Shown piece after piece: positions 26,977-34,708 of a stretch of 40,602 nt of DNA; positions within the stretch are counted from its first letter, which is position 1; the number at the start of each line of letters is the position of its first letter. The DNA is taken from IMG/VR virus record IMGVR_UViG_3300017747_002573, positions 1-40,602 of that record, one strand, 5' to 3'. The position numbers and the translations under genes are program-made. The notes below the pieces were generated by a model. That model was not told the origin of the DNA and did no database searches. It saw only the letters and a program-made list of their open reading frames with translations. The stretch is from a virus (lineage: Duplodnaviria; Caudoviricetes).

Positions 26977-27677
26977 TACTGAATGATCCTGCTATTGAAT
27001 ATCGGGTTAATGAGCGGGTATCTCGTATAGATGACTGTTCCGCCTGCCGCTGGATTCAACGACACAACGAATGCGTGCTTATCGGTCGTGGTCGCAGATG
27101 CGGTGCCGTCTATATTTCCGGTTGCACCGGAACCTGTCCACACCAGACTTGCGAACGTGCGAGCAAATCGTCCACCGCTACCGTAGAAATCCGAATCCTC
27201 AGTGAATGCCGCAGGGACGCTAGGCGCTGTGAACGTCACGCTTGTTGACTGGTTCACACCACCCGCGAATATCAGCGTTGAATTAGCCGCCGCTACAGTG
27301 AATGAGGCTCCGCGAACCGTCGTATTCGAGGTTTCGTAGCCAGTATTCGATACCGCATCGATGGGGCTTGCGGTGTTGAATCCACCCCGATAACCCGCAA
27401 TCGTGATGCCGGTTCGAGCCGCAGCAGCCCATCCAGTCGTGTAGCTGGCAGGTTCGCTCGCAGCGAGTCTCCAGTACAGCCAGAACGTGTTGCCGGACGT
27501 GATATTGACCGTGCCGAGCTGCGTCCAGACTCCGGCGATGCCGGAGTTAGGGGCTGTCGAGCCAACCCGCTTGACGAACATGAGCAGCAGGTCGTTGTCT
27601 GCCGTCCCTGTCGGGACGTTGCAGAGCAGCGACGATGTGGATGCGCTGTCCGCGTCTGCACTTGCGACAAACGCCAT
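26976..27677 (-). CDS. Putative virion structural beta-sandwich protein
   Basis: VP.GT...DLLL, LYWRLA.SEP.SYT motifs; Ser/Thr/Ala-rich; late operon. Confidence 0.6.
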   Translation of the reverse strand: MAFVASADADSASTSSLLCNVPTGTADNDLLLMFVKRVGSTAPNSGIAGVWTQLGTVNITSGNTFWLYWRLAASEPASYTTGWAAAARTGITIAGYRGGFNTASPIDAVSNTGYETSNTTVRGASFTVAAANSTLIFAGGVNQSTSVTFTAPSVPAAFTEDSDFYGSGGRFARTFASLVWTGSGATGNIDGTASATTTDKHAFVVSLNPAAGGTVIYTRYPLINPIFNSRIIQ

Positions 27678-27820
27678 TAGCGCACCAGTTCAGCTAGATG
27701 CTTTCCCAGCATCGTCATCAGGCGGGTATAAGCGGCAGAATAGGAACAGCCCCACTCATACGCCCACAGCTTTACAGGTCCGGTCTTGTCACCGATCCTG
27801 TAAAGCGGCTTCGACTTCAT
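27677..27820 (-). CDS. Small hypothetical protein (47 aa, not in ORF track)
   Basis: MKSKPLYRIG...; exactly fills the gap with ATGA and TAATG couplings. Confidence 0.5.
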   Translation of the reverse strand: MKSKPLYRIGDKTGPVKLWAYEWGCSYSAAYTRLMTMLGKHLAELVR

Positions 27821-28356
27821 GCGCAGGCCGCAGCAACCTCAGTCGTCCGCGTCGTGTTCCACCACTTCACCGAAGCGGGATCAACTCGCCTGAACGACTT
27901 GCCGCGATAGGTAAACACCACCGGGCCAGTGCAAGCCGTCCCCACCGAAACGAAGCCAGCCACGGCGCTTGAACGGGAGCCGTCGGCCAGGATCTTGAAT
28001 ACCGGGTTGTCTACTACTCCAGCCACCACAGCAATCGCCGTGATAGTCGGCGGGTTCGGAGTCGGCGCAGGGATGACGCGGCAAACCTCGGGGGTCTGGG
28101 CAGACTCAATACCCGCCACAACCGCAGTCACCGCATAGCAGAACGTCCCTGTAGGTACTTGGGTATGGACGTAAGGGCTTATCCCTGTCCCGATCAGCGC
28201 CTTCGTGCTGCCCTGCAATGCGCCGTAGACCCGATACGTGAGCGCGCCTGTGATCGGAGAGCCGTCCGTGTTCGTGGTCGGCGCGGTCCAATTCAGGGTC
28301 GCAGTACCGGCAAAAGCAGAAAACGGCAGCATCAGGGCAATTAGCAGCTTTTTCAT
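27817..28356 (-). CDS. Secreted fibronectin type III-domain protein
   Basis: Signal peptide MKKLLIALMLPFSAFA; ATLNWTAPTTN.DG...YRVYG...YAVTAV...ES FN3 pattern; PAPTPNPP linker. Confidence 0.75.
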   Translation of the reverse strand: MKKLLIALMLPFSAFAGTATLNWTAPTTNTDGSPITGALTYRVYGALQGSTKALIGTGISPYVHTQVPTGTFCYAVTAVVAGIESAQTPEVCRVIPAPTPNPPTITAIAVVAGVVDNPVFKILADGSRSSAVAGFVSVGTACTGPVVFTYRGKSFRRVDPASVKWWNTTRTTEVAAACA

Positions 28357-28364
28357 GAGGCTCC

Positions 28365-28396
28365 AAAAAAAAGGGCCTCACCATTCGGGAGGCCCT
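28365..28396 (-). terminator. Intrinsic terminator at the end of the late leader (tR'-like)
   Basis: AGGGCCTC-CC/GG-GAGGCCCT stem followed by a T-tract on the - strand, just before the first late gene. Confidence 0.8.
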
Positions 28397-28599
28397 AAAG
28401 CTGGTCTCAATGCCAGCGAGGGGGAAAATGGACCCTGCGGGGTTGCAACCTCAGCCGCCGATCATCTCACGGACGGCCCGCAGGGGTTAACTCAAGAGCC
28501 GCCCTTGACCAGCCTGCCGGTAATCGCCGGGGGCGTTTGCATTTCGGTTGAGTGAGCTGGGGGGCGGCAAGTTTTAGGGGCAATGCCCCATCAGGCACG

Positions 28600-28628
28600 A
28601 CCCTACCAAAGTAACTATTCAATGTCAA
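28600..28628 (-). promoter_or_regulatory. Late promoter (pR'-like)
   Basis: TTGACA (28628-28623), 17 bp, TGG-TAGGGT (28605-28600); downstream of the Q-like gene and upstream of a terminator. Confidence 0.65.
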
Positions 28629-29277
28629 AAAAATTGGACTTCTTGCGGTTTGCGTTTCTGGGGATAATTTGCAGGTTCCAATGGACGTTAAGCCCACAGA
28701 CATCTTTTCCCTGAATCGGGACAATGTGATCAACCTCGTACATCGCGGCGGGCCTCTCAACATTCATCTTTCGGCATTCGGCGTAGACTGCCTTGGCTTC
28801 TGCCGCATCTGCCCATGATGGGGTAGCCAACTGAATCGCAATCCGTCGTCTGTTCTTTGGCAGGACGGCATCTATGGAAAGCCAGCCGCGTCGCAGGGAA
28901 TAGACCGTTTGGCGGTCCATCTTGTCCCTTACCATTTCCTCCAGTCGGGTCTCTGGCGATCCTGGTTCGCCCAAGACAGAGGCTATGGAGGGATTAAGCA
29001 GGAGAGCATCTAGAAACAGCTCCCGGTTCATGCCGAGGTCTGGCGGGGAAAACGGAGCCTCCTTTACAAATTCCCAAGGCTCAACAAACCCAGAAGCTAC
29101 AAACTTGCTTAAAACCCTCTCATTGTGCGCTGCGTTATCCTTCCTGATTCTCTCAATCAGGGGCGCAGTGTCTACTTTCTTTTTTGACCGATATGTAATC
29201 CCAGAGCGACTTTGGCGGGGCTTCTTAATCGGTAACCGATTCAGTTTCCACACGCTCAGGATCATGGAATCAGCCAT
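28615..29277 (-). CDS. HNH homing endonuclease
   Basis: ATPSWAD...Y..C...YEVDHIVPIQGKDVCGL.V.WNLQII...N.KKSN motif; ATG at 29277 with GAGG RBS. Confidence 0.85.
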   Translation of the reverse strand: MADSMILSVWKLNRLPIKKPRQSRSGITYRSKKKVDTAPLIERIRKDNAAHNERVLSKFVASGFVEPWEFVKEAPFSPPDLGMNRELFLDALLLNPSIASVLGEPGSPETRLEEMVRDKMDRQTVYSLRRGWLSIDAVLPKNRRRIAIQLATPSWADAAEAKAVYAECRKMNVERPAAMYEVDHIVPIQGKDVCGLNVHWNLQIIPRNANRKKSNFFDIE

Positions 29278-29608
29278 CTGAACCCTCAAGATTTGCGTGA
29301 ACAAACCATTCTGCTCGCTCAAGTTTAATTAGAAAAGCATTACGCCTCAAGCCTATTTTTCGCGCTTTCTCCCACAAGCTGCCGCCAGCACAGTGCACCG
29401 CAATAAGAATTCTTTTGTCCTCGGGATCAGCCCGACGAATGATCCCGTCAACTTCCATGACCTCTTTCGGTGGCTCCTGGTCATGCCCGCTTCCGCCAGA
29501 GAACAGCCGGAACATGGGGGATACCGAAGGCCAGCCGCTCATTTCGTGCCGGGACCACTTGCCCCACTGCCTGAGACGCCACCGGGTGTAGGTCAGGATT
29601 TGGCTCAT
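29270..29608 (-). CDS. Antiterminator Q-like late regulator
   Basis: RL.QWG.W N-terminus, EVD..I, C-terminal HTH-like KARKIGL; last early gene before the late promoter. Confidence 0.6.
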   Translation of the reverse strand: MSQILTYTRWRLRQWGKWSRHEMSGWPSVSPMFRLFSGGSGHDQEPPKEVMEVDGIIRRADPEDKRILIAVHCAGGSLWEKARKIGLRRNAFLIKLERAEWFVHANLEGSDG

Positions 29609-29796
29609 GTTAGGCCCCACTCCCGTTTCATCTTCCGCCAATGGGATTGACTCATTCCGCGAGGCCGACCAGCCCACCACGCGAATGATTTTCTCATTGC
29701 GGGCGTAGGCTTGCCGCCGTAGATGAAATCGGGCTTACCGCCACAATCCCACGCTGCCTGCATTGCCTTAACGATGTCTTCTTCTGTGATGTTCAT
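29605..29796 (-). CDS. Hypothetical protein
   Basis: ATGA coupling at both ends. Confidence 0.5.
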   Translation of the reverse strand: MNITEEDIVKAMQAAWDCGGKPDFIYGGKPTPAMRKSFAWWAGRPRGMSQSHWRKMKREWGLT

Positions 29797-29942
29797 TTGT
29801 TCATCCCATCCGCTATCAGACCGACGTTAGCCAAGGCGTAGCCCACAAACACAAAGGCCATGCCGTCCCTGCCGTCTATCCAGTACGCAACGGCTACACC
29901 GAGGTAGATCAGGGTCACGATGGCAAGCAGGGGACCGCTCAT
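29793..29942 (-). CDS. Small 2-TM membrane protein (49 aa, not in ORF track)
   Basis: MSGPLLAIVTLIYLGVAV...GYALANVGL; coupled on both sides. Confidence 0.55.
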   Translation of the reverse strand: MSGPLLAIVTLIYLGVAVAYWIDGRDGMAFVFVGYALANVGLIADGMNK

Positions 29943-30391
29943 ACGCTAGGCCCATGCCCAGAGGGGTACGTCAGCACCGTGCCCTTCGCCTTGACCTTTG
30001 ACTTCCATTCCTCGTAAGCCTGCCGCCGCTCGGCTGAGGTCAGGACCGGATCGGACAGCGTGATGGCGTCAATCTCGTCTTGGAGCTGCAACGCCTTCAG
30101 CCTGTTCCGCTGCTGGTTCTGAAGCCGCTTGATGTCGTCTGACAGAACCTCACGAATCACGGCTGGCTCGCGGGGTTCCGTAAACCTTGCCCTAGCCGCC
30201 CGGTCAACGTAGTGGCATTCCTGCGTGCAGTAGAGCCTGGGGTTCTTGGCGTGGAATTCCGGCATGTGGCAATCGGGATTCGCGCACTTCAGCACCAGCA
30301 TTGCCTTGCGGTATGGCGCCTTCTCGATCTTTGGTTTCTGTTGTTCCATGATTATTTCTTCTAGCCTTCGATCAACGTACTGGCTACGCAT
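29939..30391 (-). CDS. Hypothetical zinc-finger protein
   Basis: CANPDC...F...YCTQEC motif; start uncertain. Confidence 0.55.
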   Translation of the reverse strand: MRSQYVDRRLEEIIMEQQKPKIEKAPYRKAMLVLKCANPDCHMPEFHAKNPRLYCTQECHYVDRAARARFTEPREPAVIREVLSDDIKRLQNQQRNRLKALQLQDEIDAITLSDPVLTSAERRQAYEEWKSKVKAKGTVLTYPSGHGPSV

Positions 30392-30394
30392 TTT

Positions 30395-30559
30395 CTAATG
30401 CATGTCTTTGAGTCTATCCAGCATCCGCTTGATGCCAGTCGGGTCAACAGCGTCCTGATAGCCAAGATAGATCAGCCACGCTAGCAGCAGCGTTGCGCCG
30501 ATCCAGTGGCCGGTGGAGTACAGGCACACTATCGCCACAATCAATATTACTTTTGTCAT
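30395..30559 (-). CDS. Small membrane protein (54 aa, not in ORF track)
   Basis: MTKVILIVAIVCLYSTGHWIGATLLLAWLIYLG... Confidence 0.45.
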   Translation of the reverse strand: MTKVILIVAIVCLYSTGHWIGATLLLAWLIYLGYQDAVDPTGIKRMLDRLKDMH

Positions 30560-30676
30560 TCCGCCCCCGCGTATCTCTCAAACTTCACACAAGGCCACAG
30601 GGCCGCTTTCTTCCACAGGACACACCGAAGCTCGCTCCCGCTCCATAGCGACCAGTGACAGGCTTTACAGGCAGGC

Positions 30677-30850
30677 TTAGTCATGCCACGTCACCTCACC
30701 ACCGAATCTCCTTACGTCCTGCTCAAGCGCCCGCCGCTTCATCTCCCTTGCGTCGAAGTATGCCTGCCGGTACTGGTGCAACAAGCGCCGCAGGCCGAAC
30801 AGCGAACGCCTTACCGGGGTCAGCTTTTGCTCTTTTACTTCGTATTCCAT
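30677..30850 (-). CDS. Hypothetical protein (57 aa, MEYEVKEQ..., not in ORF track)
   Basis: GGAGG RBS 4 nt upstream of the ATG at 30850. Confidence 0.55.
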   Translation of the reverse strand: MEYEVKEQKLTPVRRSLFGLRRLLHQYRQAYFDAREMKRRALEQDVRRFGGEVTWHD

Positions 30851-30860
30851 AGCGCCTCCC

Positions 30861-31406
30861 TTATTGATTGCATTCCATCAACGCTAGTTGCTTAAGCTGT
30901 GCTGGCTTCCAAAGCTTCCCTTTCCTTACCGCCGTGATCGTGTGCCTATCAACCCCATACTTCGCAGCAAGAACACCAACTCTTTCGGCCATATTCCGAA
31001 TGTCGTTTATTGCCTCTGTAGACAATTTCCGATTGCCAATTTTGTTTTTTGGCAATCGAAGCGTCCCATGCCTCTTTGCGTCTTGCATGTTTTCTGAGCG
31101 AGTTCCATAAGCCAGGTTCTCCAGCCTGCTATCTAACTTGTCGCCATTCAGATGCCTGACTTCTTGGCCCTCTGGCGGATCTCCAATAAACGCACGAGCG
31201 ACCAAAATATAAGTACGAAATGTTTTTGTCTTTCCGGCCTTGCTCAAAACAACGCAAGGATATCCAGATGCGTCAATTGCTGGCCTGAGCTTTCGCCATT
31301 TCCCGCCCTTCGATGAATACACGGCTCCATCACTCCATACCGTGTAGTCCTCGCAATACGAGGCTTTCGCATAGCGTGCAATTAATGTCATTTCTTCGTG
31401 TTCCAC
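30861..31406 (-). CDS. NUMOD4-HNH homing endonuclease with C-terminal HTH
   Basis: Y.V.SDG.VYS...GY..V.L (NUMOD4-like); VRHLNGDKLD.RLENLAYGTRSEN; start GTG 31406 or ATG 31391. Confidence 0.85.
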   Translation of the reverse strand: MEHEEMTLIARYAKASYCEDYTVWSDGAVYSSKGGKWRKLRPAIDASGYPCVVLSKAGKTKTFRTYILVARAFIGDPPEGQEVRHLNGDKLDSRLENLAYGTRSENMQDAKRHGTLRLPKNKIGNRKLSTEAINDIRNMAERVGVLAAKYGVDRHTITAVRKGKLWKPAQLKQLALMECNQ

Positions 31407-31711
31407 AATGCGTCCCTTATCCATTCAAGCGCCTTGCCCTTCTTGATGTGATCTCCGGTAACGACGATTAGTCTGTAACCGTGAACTGCTGCCAATGACG
31501 CCTTTTCTGCATCTCTACTTATCCCCGCCCCTGTCGAATGCGCTCCAGTTGTCCATACAGCGCCTTGGCACTCAACCAGCAACCGATGCTCAGGAAAGCC
31601 AAAATCAAAGCGAAACTTACGACCAGGAATGCAAGCGAACTCCCGAGTAGGAACAGGAAGCCCATCGGCCATGATTTGTAGCGCAAGGGCGTCCTCCAGT
31701 TTGCTTGCCAT
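31388..31711 (-). CDS. PD-(D/E)xK endonuclease (Vsr/DUF559-like; putative resolvase)
   Basis: SKLE, REF...GRKFRFDF.FP...LLVECQG..W..G.H, RD.EK motifs. Confidence 0.75.
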   Translation of the reverse strand: MASKLEDALALQIMADGLPVPTREFACIPGRKFRFDFGFPEHRLLVECQGAVWTTGAHSTGAGISRDAEKASLAAVHGYRLIVVTGDHIKKGKALEWIRDALWNTKK

Positions 31712-31772
31712 TAGTCGCGGGTCGAGACGATGAACAGCGCCACTCCGATCAGGCAGGCGAGAATGATCCACG

Positions 31773-32102
31773 TCATTTCTTGTCCCTCGGTGCCGTCGCT
31801 TCCATAAAGCCGTCGATCTTGTCCTGCGCGTCCACCAGGTCGCGCTTCAGGTCCATGATCTTTCGTTCCCGTATCGCAACCTGCTTGTGCAAGTCGGTAA
31901 TCGCGTTGTCCTTGAGCGCGACTAATCGCCCGTATTCCGCGCACTTGATCTGCTGCTTCTGGTTGTCGTGCTGGTAGAACTCCACCAGTCCCGCCATTTC
32001 ACGCAGCCGGTCGGCCAGTGCCCGCGACAGATCGCTCGGGTCTGGGATGGCGTTGACGTGGCCGATCAGCTCTAGCGGGTCCATGCGGGCGTAGAAGGTC
32101 AT
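31773..32102 (-). CDS. Hypothetical coiled-coil protein
   Basis: ATGA coupling to the helicase; heptad pattern. Confidence 0.55.
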   Translation of the reverse strand: MTFYARMDPLELIGHVNAIPDPSDLSRALADRLREMAGLVEFYQHDNQKQQIKCAEYGRLVALKDNAITDLHKQVAIRERKIMDLKRDLVDAQDKIDGFMEATAPRDKK

Positions 32103-33067
32103 TCGTAAGCCTGCTTTGGTAGGTACTGCGTGGGAACTTGGTCGAACTGATCGACCTTGAATTGCTTGAGTCTGCGATTCAGGAAGCCTGAAACTTCACC
32201 GAGCCAGCCGTTAAAGTGCCGCTGCTTGCGGATCATCACTTTCATTGGCGAAGCCTCTGAGTACATCTGCGTCGTCGTCTGCCTGCGAACAAAAAGCACG
32301 TTGTCAGCGATGCCGCCGATCTCTCTCGCGCCTGCCACGTCGTTCAGGTCTGGCTCTTGGTCTGCGCTGATCGCCTTGCGAGGATGCGCGACAAGGTGGA
32401 TGTGAACTCCAGTTGCGCGGGCCGTTGCCGCCATGAGGTTTGCAAACTTCCGTTGTCCCTCGAAATCGTCGTTGGTGATGTCGAGGCACATCAGGCTGTC
32501 GATGATCGCGTGCGTTACGCCGGGGCCTTCGGTGTAGCCCGCTCCAGGTTCTGCGCGATTGGGGATGATGCGCGGCTGGGATAGCATTTCGATAACGCCT
32601 AGCAATTGCTTGTGGCGTGCGATGCCAATCACGCCCCACAGCCGAAGGGTCGGCTCGTACCAGTCAAGGAACCACTGGAGCTGCTGCTGGCTTGGCGAGT
32701 CCGTACCGAATGCGACTCCCGCAAGCCTCACAATCAAATCCTCTGGGTCTTCCTCAAGGCTCGCAAAGAACACCCCGCTCCCTTGGTTCAGCAGGTGACA
32801 CGCAAACTGGCGCAGCAACGTCGTCTTGCCGCTGCCTGGGTAGCCGCTCCAAATTGTGATTCCGCCCTTGTAAAACCTGATCCGCTCGCCAGCAGGGTCA
32901 AACGGGGCCGTTGCGTAGTTCGCCCTGCGCTCGTTGTAGCCCGTCAGGACTTGCGCCGCGTCCTGCTTCGTCAGGTCCATCAGGATTCGCGTGGGGGCTT
33001 CTGCGTCGCGACCACCGCGAACAAACAGGCCATCAGGCCGGATCGGGGTCACTGCGCTCATAGCCAC
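32099..33067 (-). CDS. DnaB-like (SF4) replicative helicase, ATPase domain only
   Basis: Walker A GYPGSGKT, SLEE, IIDSL, HLVAHPRK, ADNV and KQR motifs. Confidence 0.85.
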   Translation of the reverse strand: MAMSAVTPIRPDGLFVRGGRDAEAPTRILMDLTKQDAAQVLTGYNERRANYATAPFDPAGERIRFYKGGITIWSGYPGSGKTTLLRQFACHLLNQGSGVFFASLEEDPEDLIVRLAGVAFGTDSPSQQQLQWFLDWYEPTLRLWGVIGIARHKQLLGVIEMLSQPRIIPNRAEPGAGYTEGPGVTHAIIDSLMCLDITNDDFEGQRKFANLMAATARATGVHIHLVAHPRKAISADQEPDLNDVAGAREIGGIADNVLFVRRQTTTQMYSEASPMKVMIRKQRHFNGWLGEVSGFLNRRLKQFKVDQFDQVPTQYLPKQAYE

Positions 33068-33792
33068 TTAACCTCGCTGCCCTTGTCTGCAAACTTCAGG
33101 CCCGCGTCGATATGCGTGGCATCACGCAGGAACAGGCACACGTCGTCATAAACTGTCTTGGTCTCGTTCTGGCCCATGTGGTGCTTGGAATGCTTGTAGC
33201 CACTGATCGCCCGTTTCAGGTCGTCGGCGGAATAGTTCTTCAGGGCGGCGGAAATAACGCGGGTACGTTTGGCGTCTAGTTTCGCCTTCGGGTGTCCGTA
33301 TTCCGCCTTCCAGTGATCGAAAACCCCGCCAGCCGTCGAGGAACTCGACATATCTCTTACTGTGTTTGCGTTTGCGTTTGAGAGGGGGTCAGCGGCGGTC
33401 TCCGGCGGTCTCCGGCGGTCTGCCATTCTCTTTGCATTGATCCCGTCCGCTGATTCCCTTGCAGACTTGGCTGATAAGCGGGCTTTTTCCCTGTATTTAC
33501 CGTGATTTACAATCACCCATCCCCAATCCCTGTGAGCCTCAAGCAAAACCAGCCTCGCCCCATTGTTGTCTGCTGATCGGCTTCCAGGATCGGGCATACA
33601 GAACCGGCCCATGCAAGCCGTCACATCGTCAACTGGCAAACCAGTGATCCCGGCGATATAGGCGGCGGTCACATCTACCACCCCATTTTTGTCAGCCAGC
33701 GATAGCACGATGGGCCAAAGGCCAATGTCGGGCCACTTGCCGCAAAGGGTGCCCGTGGTGAGCGATTGGAACAGGGGGGTATAGCCGCTCAA
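33058..33792 (-). CDS. Replication initiator protein (lambda O-like position)
   Basis: Y..LF.SL..GTL N-terminus; central low-complexity linker with DNA repeats; VFDHWK...R...I..ALK.YS C-domain; precedes the helicase. Confidence 0.7.
   Translation of the reverse strand: MSGYTPLFQSLTTGTLCGKWPDIGLWPIVLSLADKNGVVDVTAAYIAGITGLPVDDVTACMGRFCMPDPGSRSADNNGARLVLLEAHRDWGWVIVNHGKYREKARLSAKSARESADGINAKRMADRRRPPETAADPLSNANANTVRDMSSSSTAGGVFDHWKAEYGHPKAKLDAKRTRVISAALKNYSADDLKRAISGYKHSKHHMGQNETKTVYDDVCLFLRDATHIDAGLKFADKGSEVKWL
33364..33420. repeat. Putative origin iterons inside the initiator gene
   Basis: CGGCGGTC at 33393, 33403 and 33413 (10-bp period), a degenerate GGGGGTC at 33384, and GTTTGC repeats at 33364-33380. 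Confidence 0.6.
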
Positions 33793-34037
33793 ACTAGGCG
33801 CTTCCTTGCTTCCATGTGCTTGACCTGATCCGGCGACCGCTGCTTAACGAGGTCCGTTAGAGCAATCAGGCAAATCCGCCGCGTGGCCTCGTCAGGGGCC
33901 GCTAGGAGTGCGCGGCCTGCAAGGTCAATAGCAACCTCTAGGCTCCGTTCGGTGGCGAACGGAACAGACCGCAGGGCCGTGCCATGCTTTGAATGGGCAG
34001 ATGCAGGGGCGTCTGTTTGACCGTGTAAATCTTTCAT
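33789..34037 (-). CDS. Hypothetical protein
   Basis: Between the Cro-like gene and the initiator; C-terminal RSP.QV..ME..K.L. Confidence 0.55.
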   Translation of the reverse strand: MKDLHGQTDAPASAHSKHGTALRSVPFATERSLEVAIDLAGRALLAAPDEATRRICLIALTDLVKQRSPDQVKHMEARKRLV

Positions 34038-34057
34038 TTTCTGGCCCCTGAAGGCTA

Positions 34058-34252
34058 CTATGCAGCCTTGCGCGGACGCTTTTTGAAGTACGCGGCCAGC
34101 TTTTCCACGTTGCTCACGCCAGGATCTACAATCTCCCGGCGAGCTATTTTTTCAAGGGTTCTGATAGAAACCCCAGCTCCCTTCGCAACGATGGGCCACT
34201 GGCCTTTGTGGGCCGCGAGTTGTGTCAAGACGTAAGCGTGTATTGATTCCAT
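34058..34252 (-). CDS. Cro-like XRE HTH regulator (64 aa, leaderless)
   Basis: VAKGAGVSIRTLEKIA...DPGV..VEKLA.YF HTH; ATG 7 nt after a -10 box. Confidence 0.8.
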   Translation of the reverse strand: MESIHAYVLTQLAAHKGQWPIVAKGAGVSIRTLEKIARREIVDPGVSNVEKLAAYFKKRPRKAA

Positions 34253-34372
34253 AGGGCGCACCATAAACCCGTTCAGGAAAGAATGCAACCCCATTACGGG
34301 TGCACGTCACAAAGTAAAATAACCCGAAATAGGGGTTGACGGCCTCCCGCGAATGGGTTTACAGTCCATCCC
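34253..34372. promoter_or_regulatory. Divergent early promoters with operator repeats
   Basis: Leftward TTGCAT-17-TATGGT; rightward TTGACG-18-TACAGT; CCC-N6-GGG sites at 34288-34301, 34322-34335 and 34345-34358, plus a half site at 34267. Confidence 0.7.
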
Positions 34373-34645
34373 ATGAACACCGTACTTGCCAGCCTGTTCC
34401 TAGAGCTAGGGGTTAGCATCCACAGCCAAGTGCCCTGTGCCTGCCGCGAGGGTTACGACTTCTGGCGCTGGGATGTGACCGAGACCGTCAACCCCTACGG
34501 CAGCGCCGTACTAGGCTTTGAGCATGAGTTCAGCCGCAAGTTTTCCGCCCGCGTTTTCGTCAGGCACGAAAGCGCCATTACCGTCAACGACTACGGCACG
34601 GACAGTGCTGGAGCGTCTATCACTTGGCGTCCGTTTCGCAAATGA
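34373..34645 (+). CDS. Beta-strand-rich hypothetical protein (leaderless first early gene)
   Basis: Alternating amphipathic strands (LFLELGVSIH, AVLGFEHEF, ARVFVRHES, GASITWRPF). Confidence 0.55.
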   Translation: MNTVLASLFLELGVSIHSQVPCACREGYDFWRWDVTETVNPYGSAVLGFEHEFSRKFSARVFVRHESAITVNDYGTDSAGASITWRPFRK

Positions 34646-34708
34646 AATCTCGTTTCCCAAAGCAGACCCCGGCCAGCGTGCGGAACTGAATGTTAATGGA
34701 GCAATAGC

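Noticed and set aside
28429-28485. tRNA gene
   Set aside because: Only 57 nt, with no D-arm, no canonical TTC T-loop and no proper T-stem; kept only as a structured-leader observation
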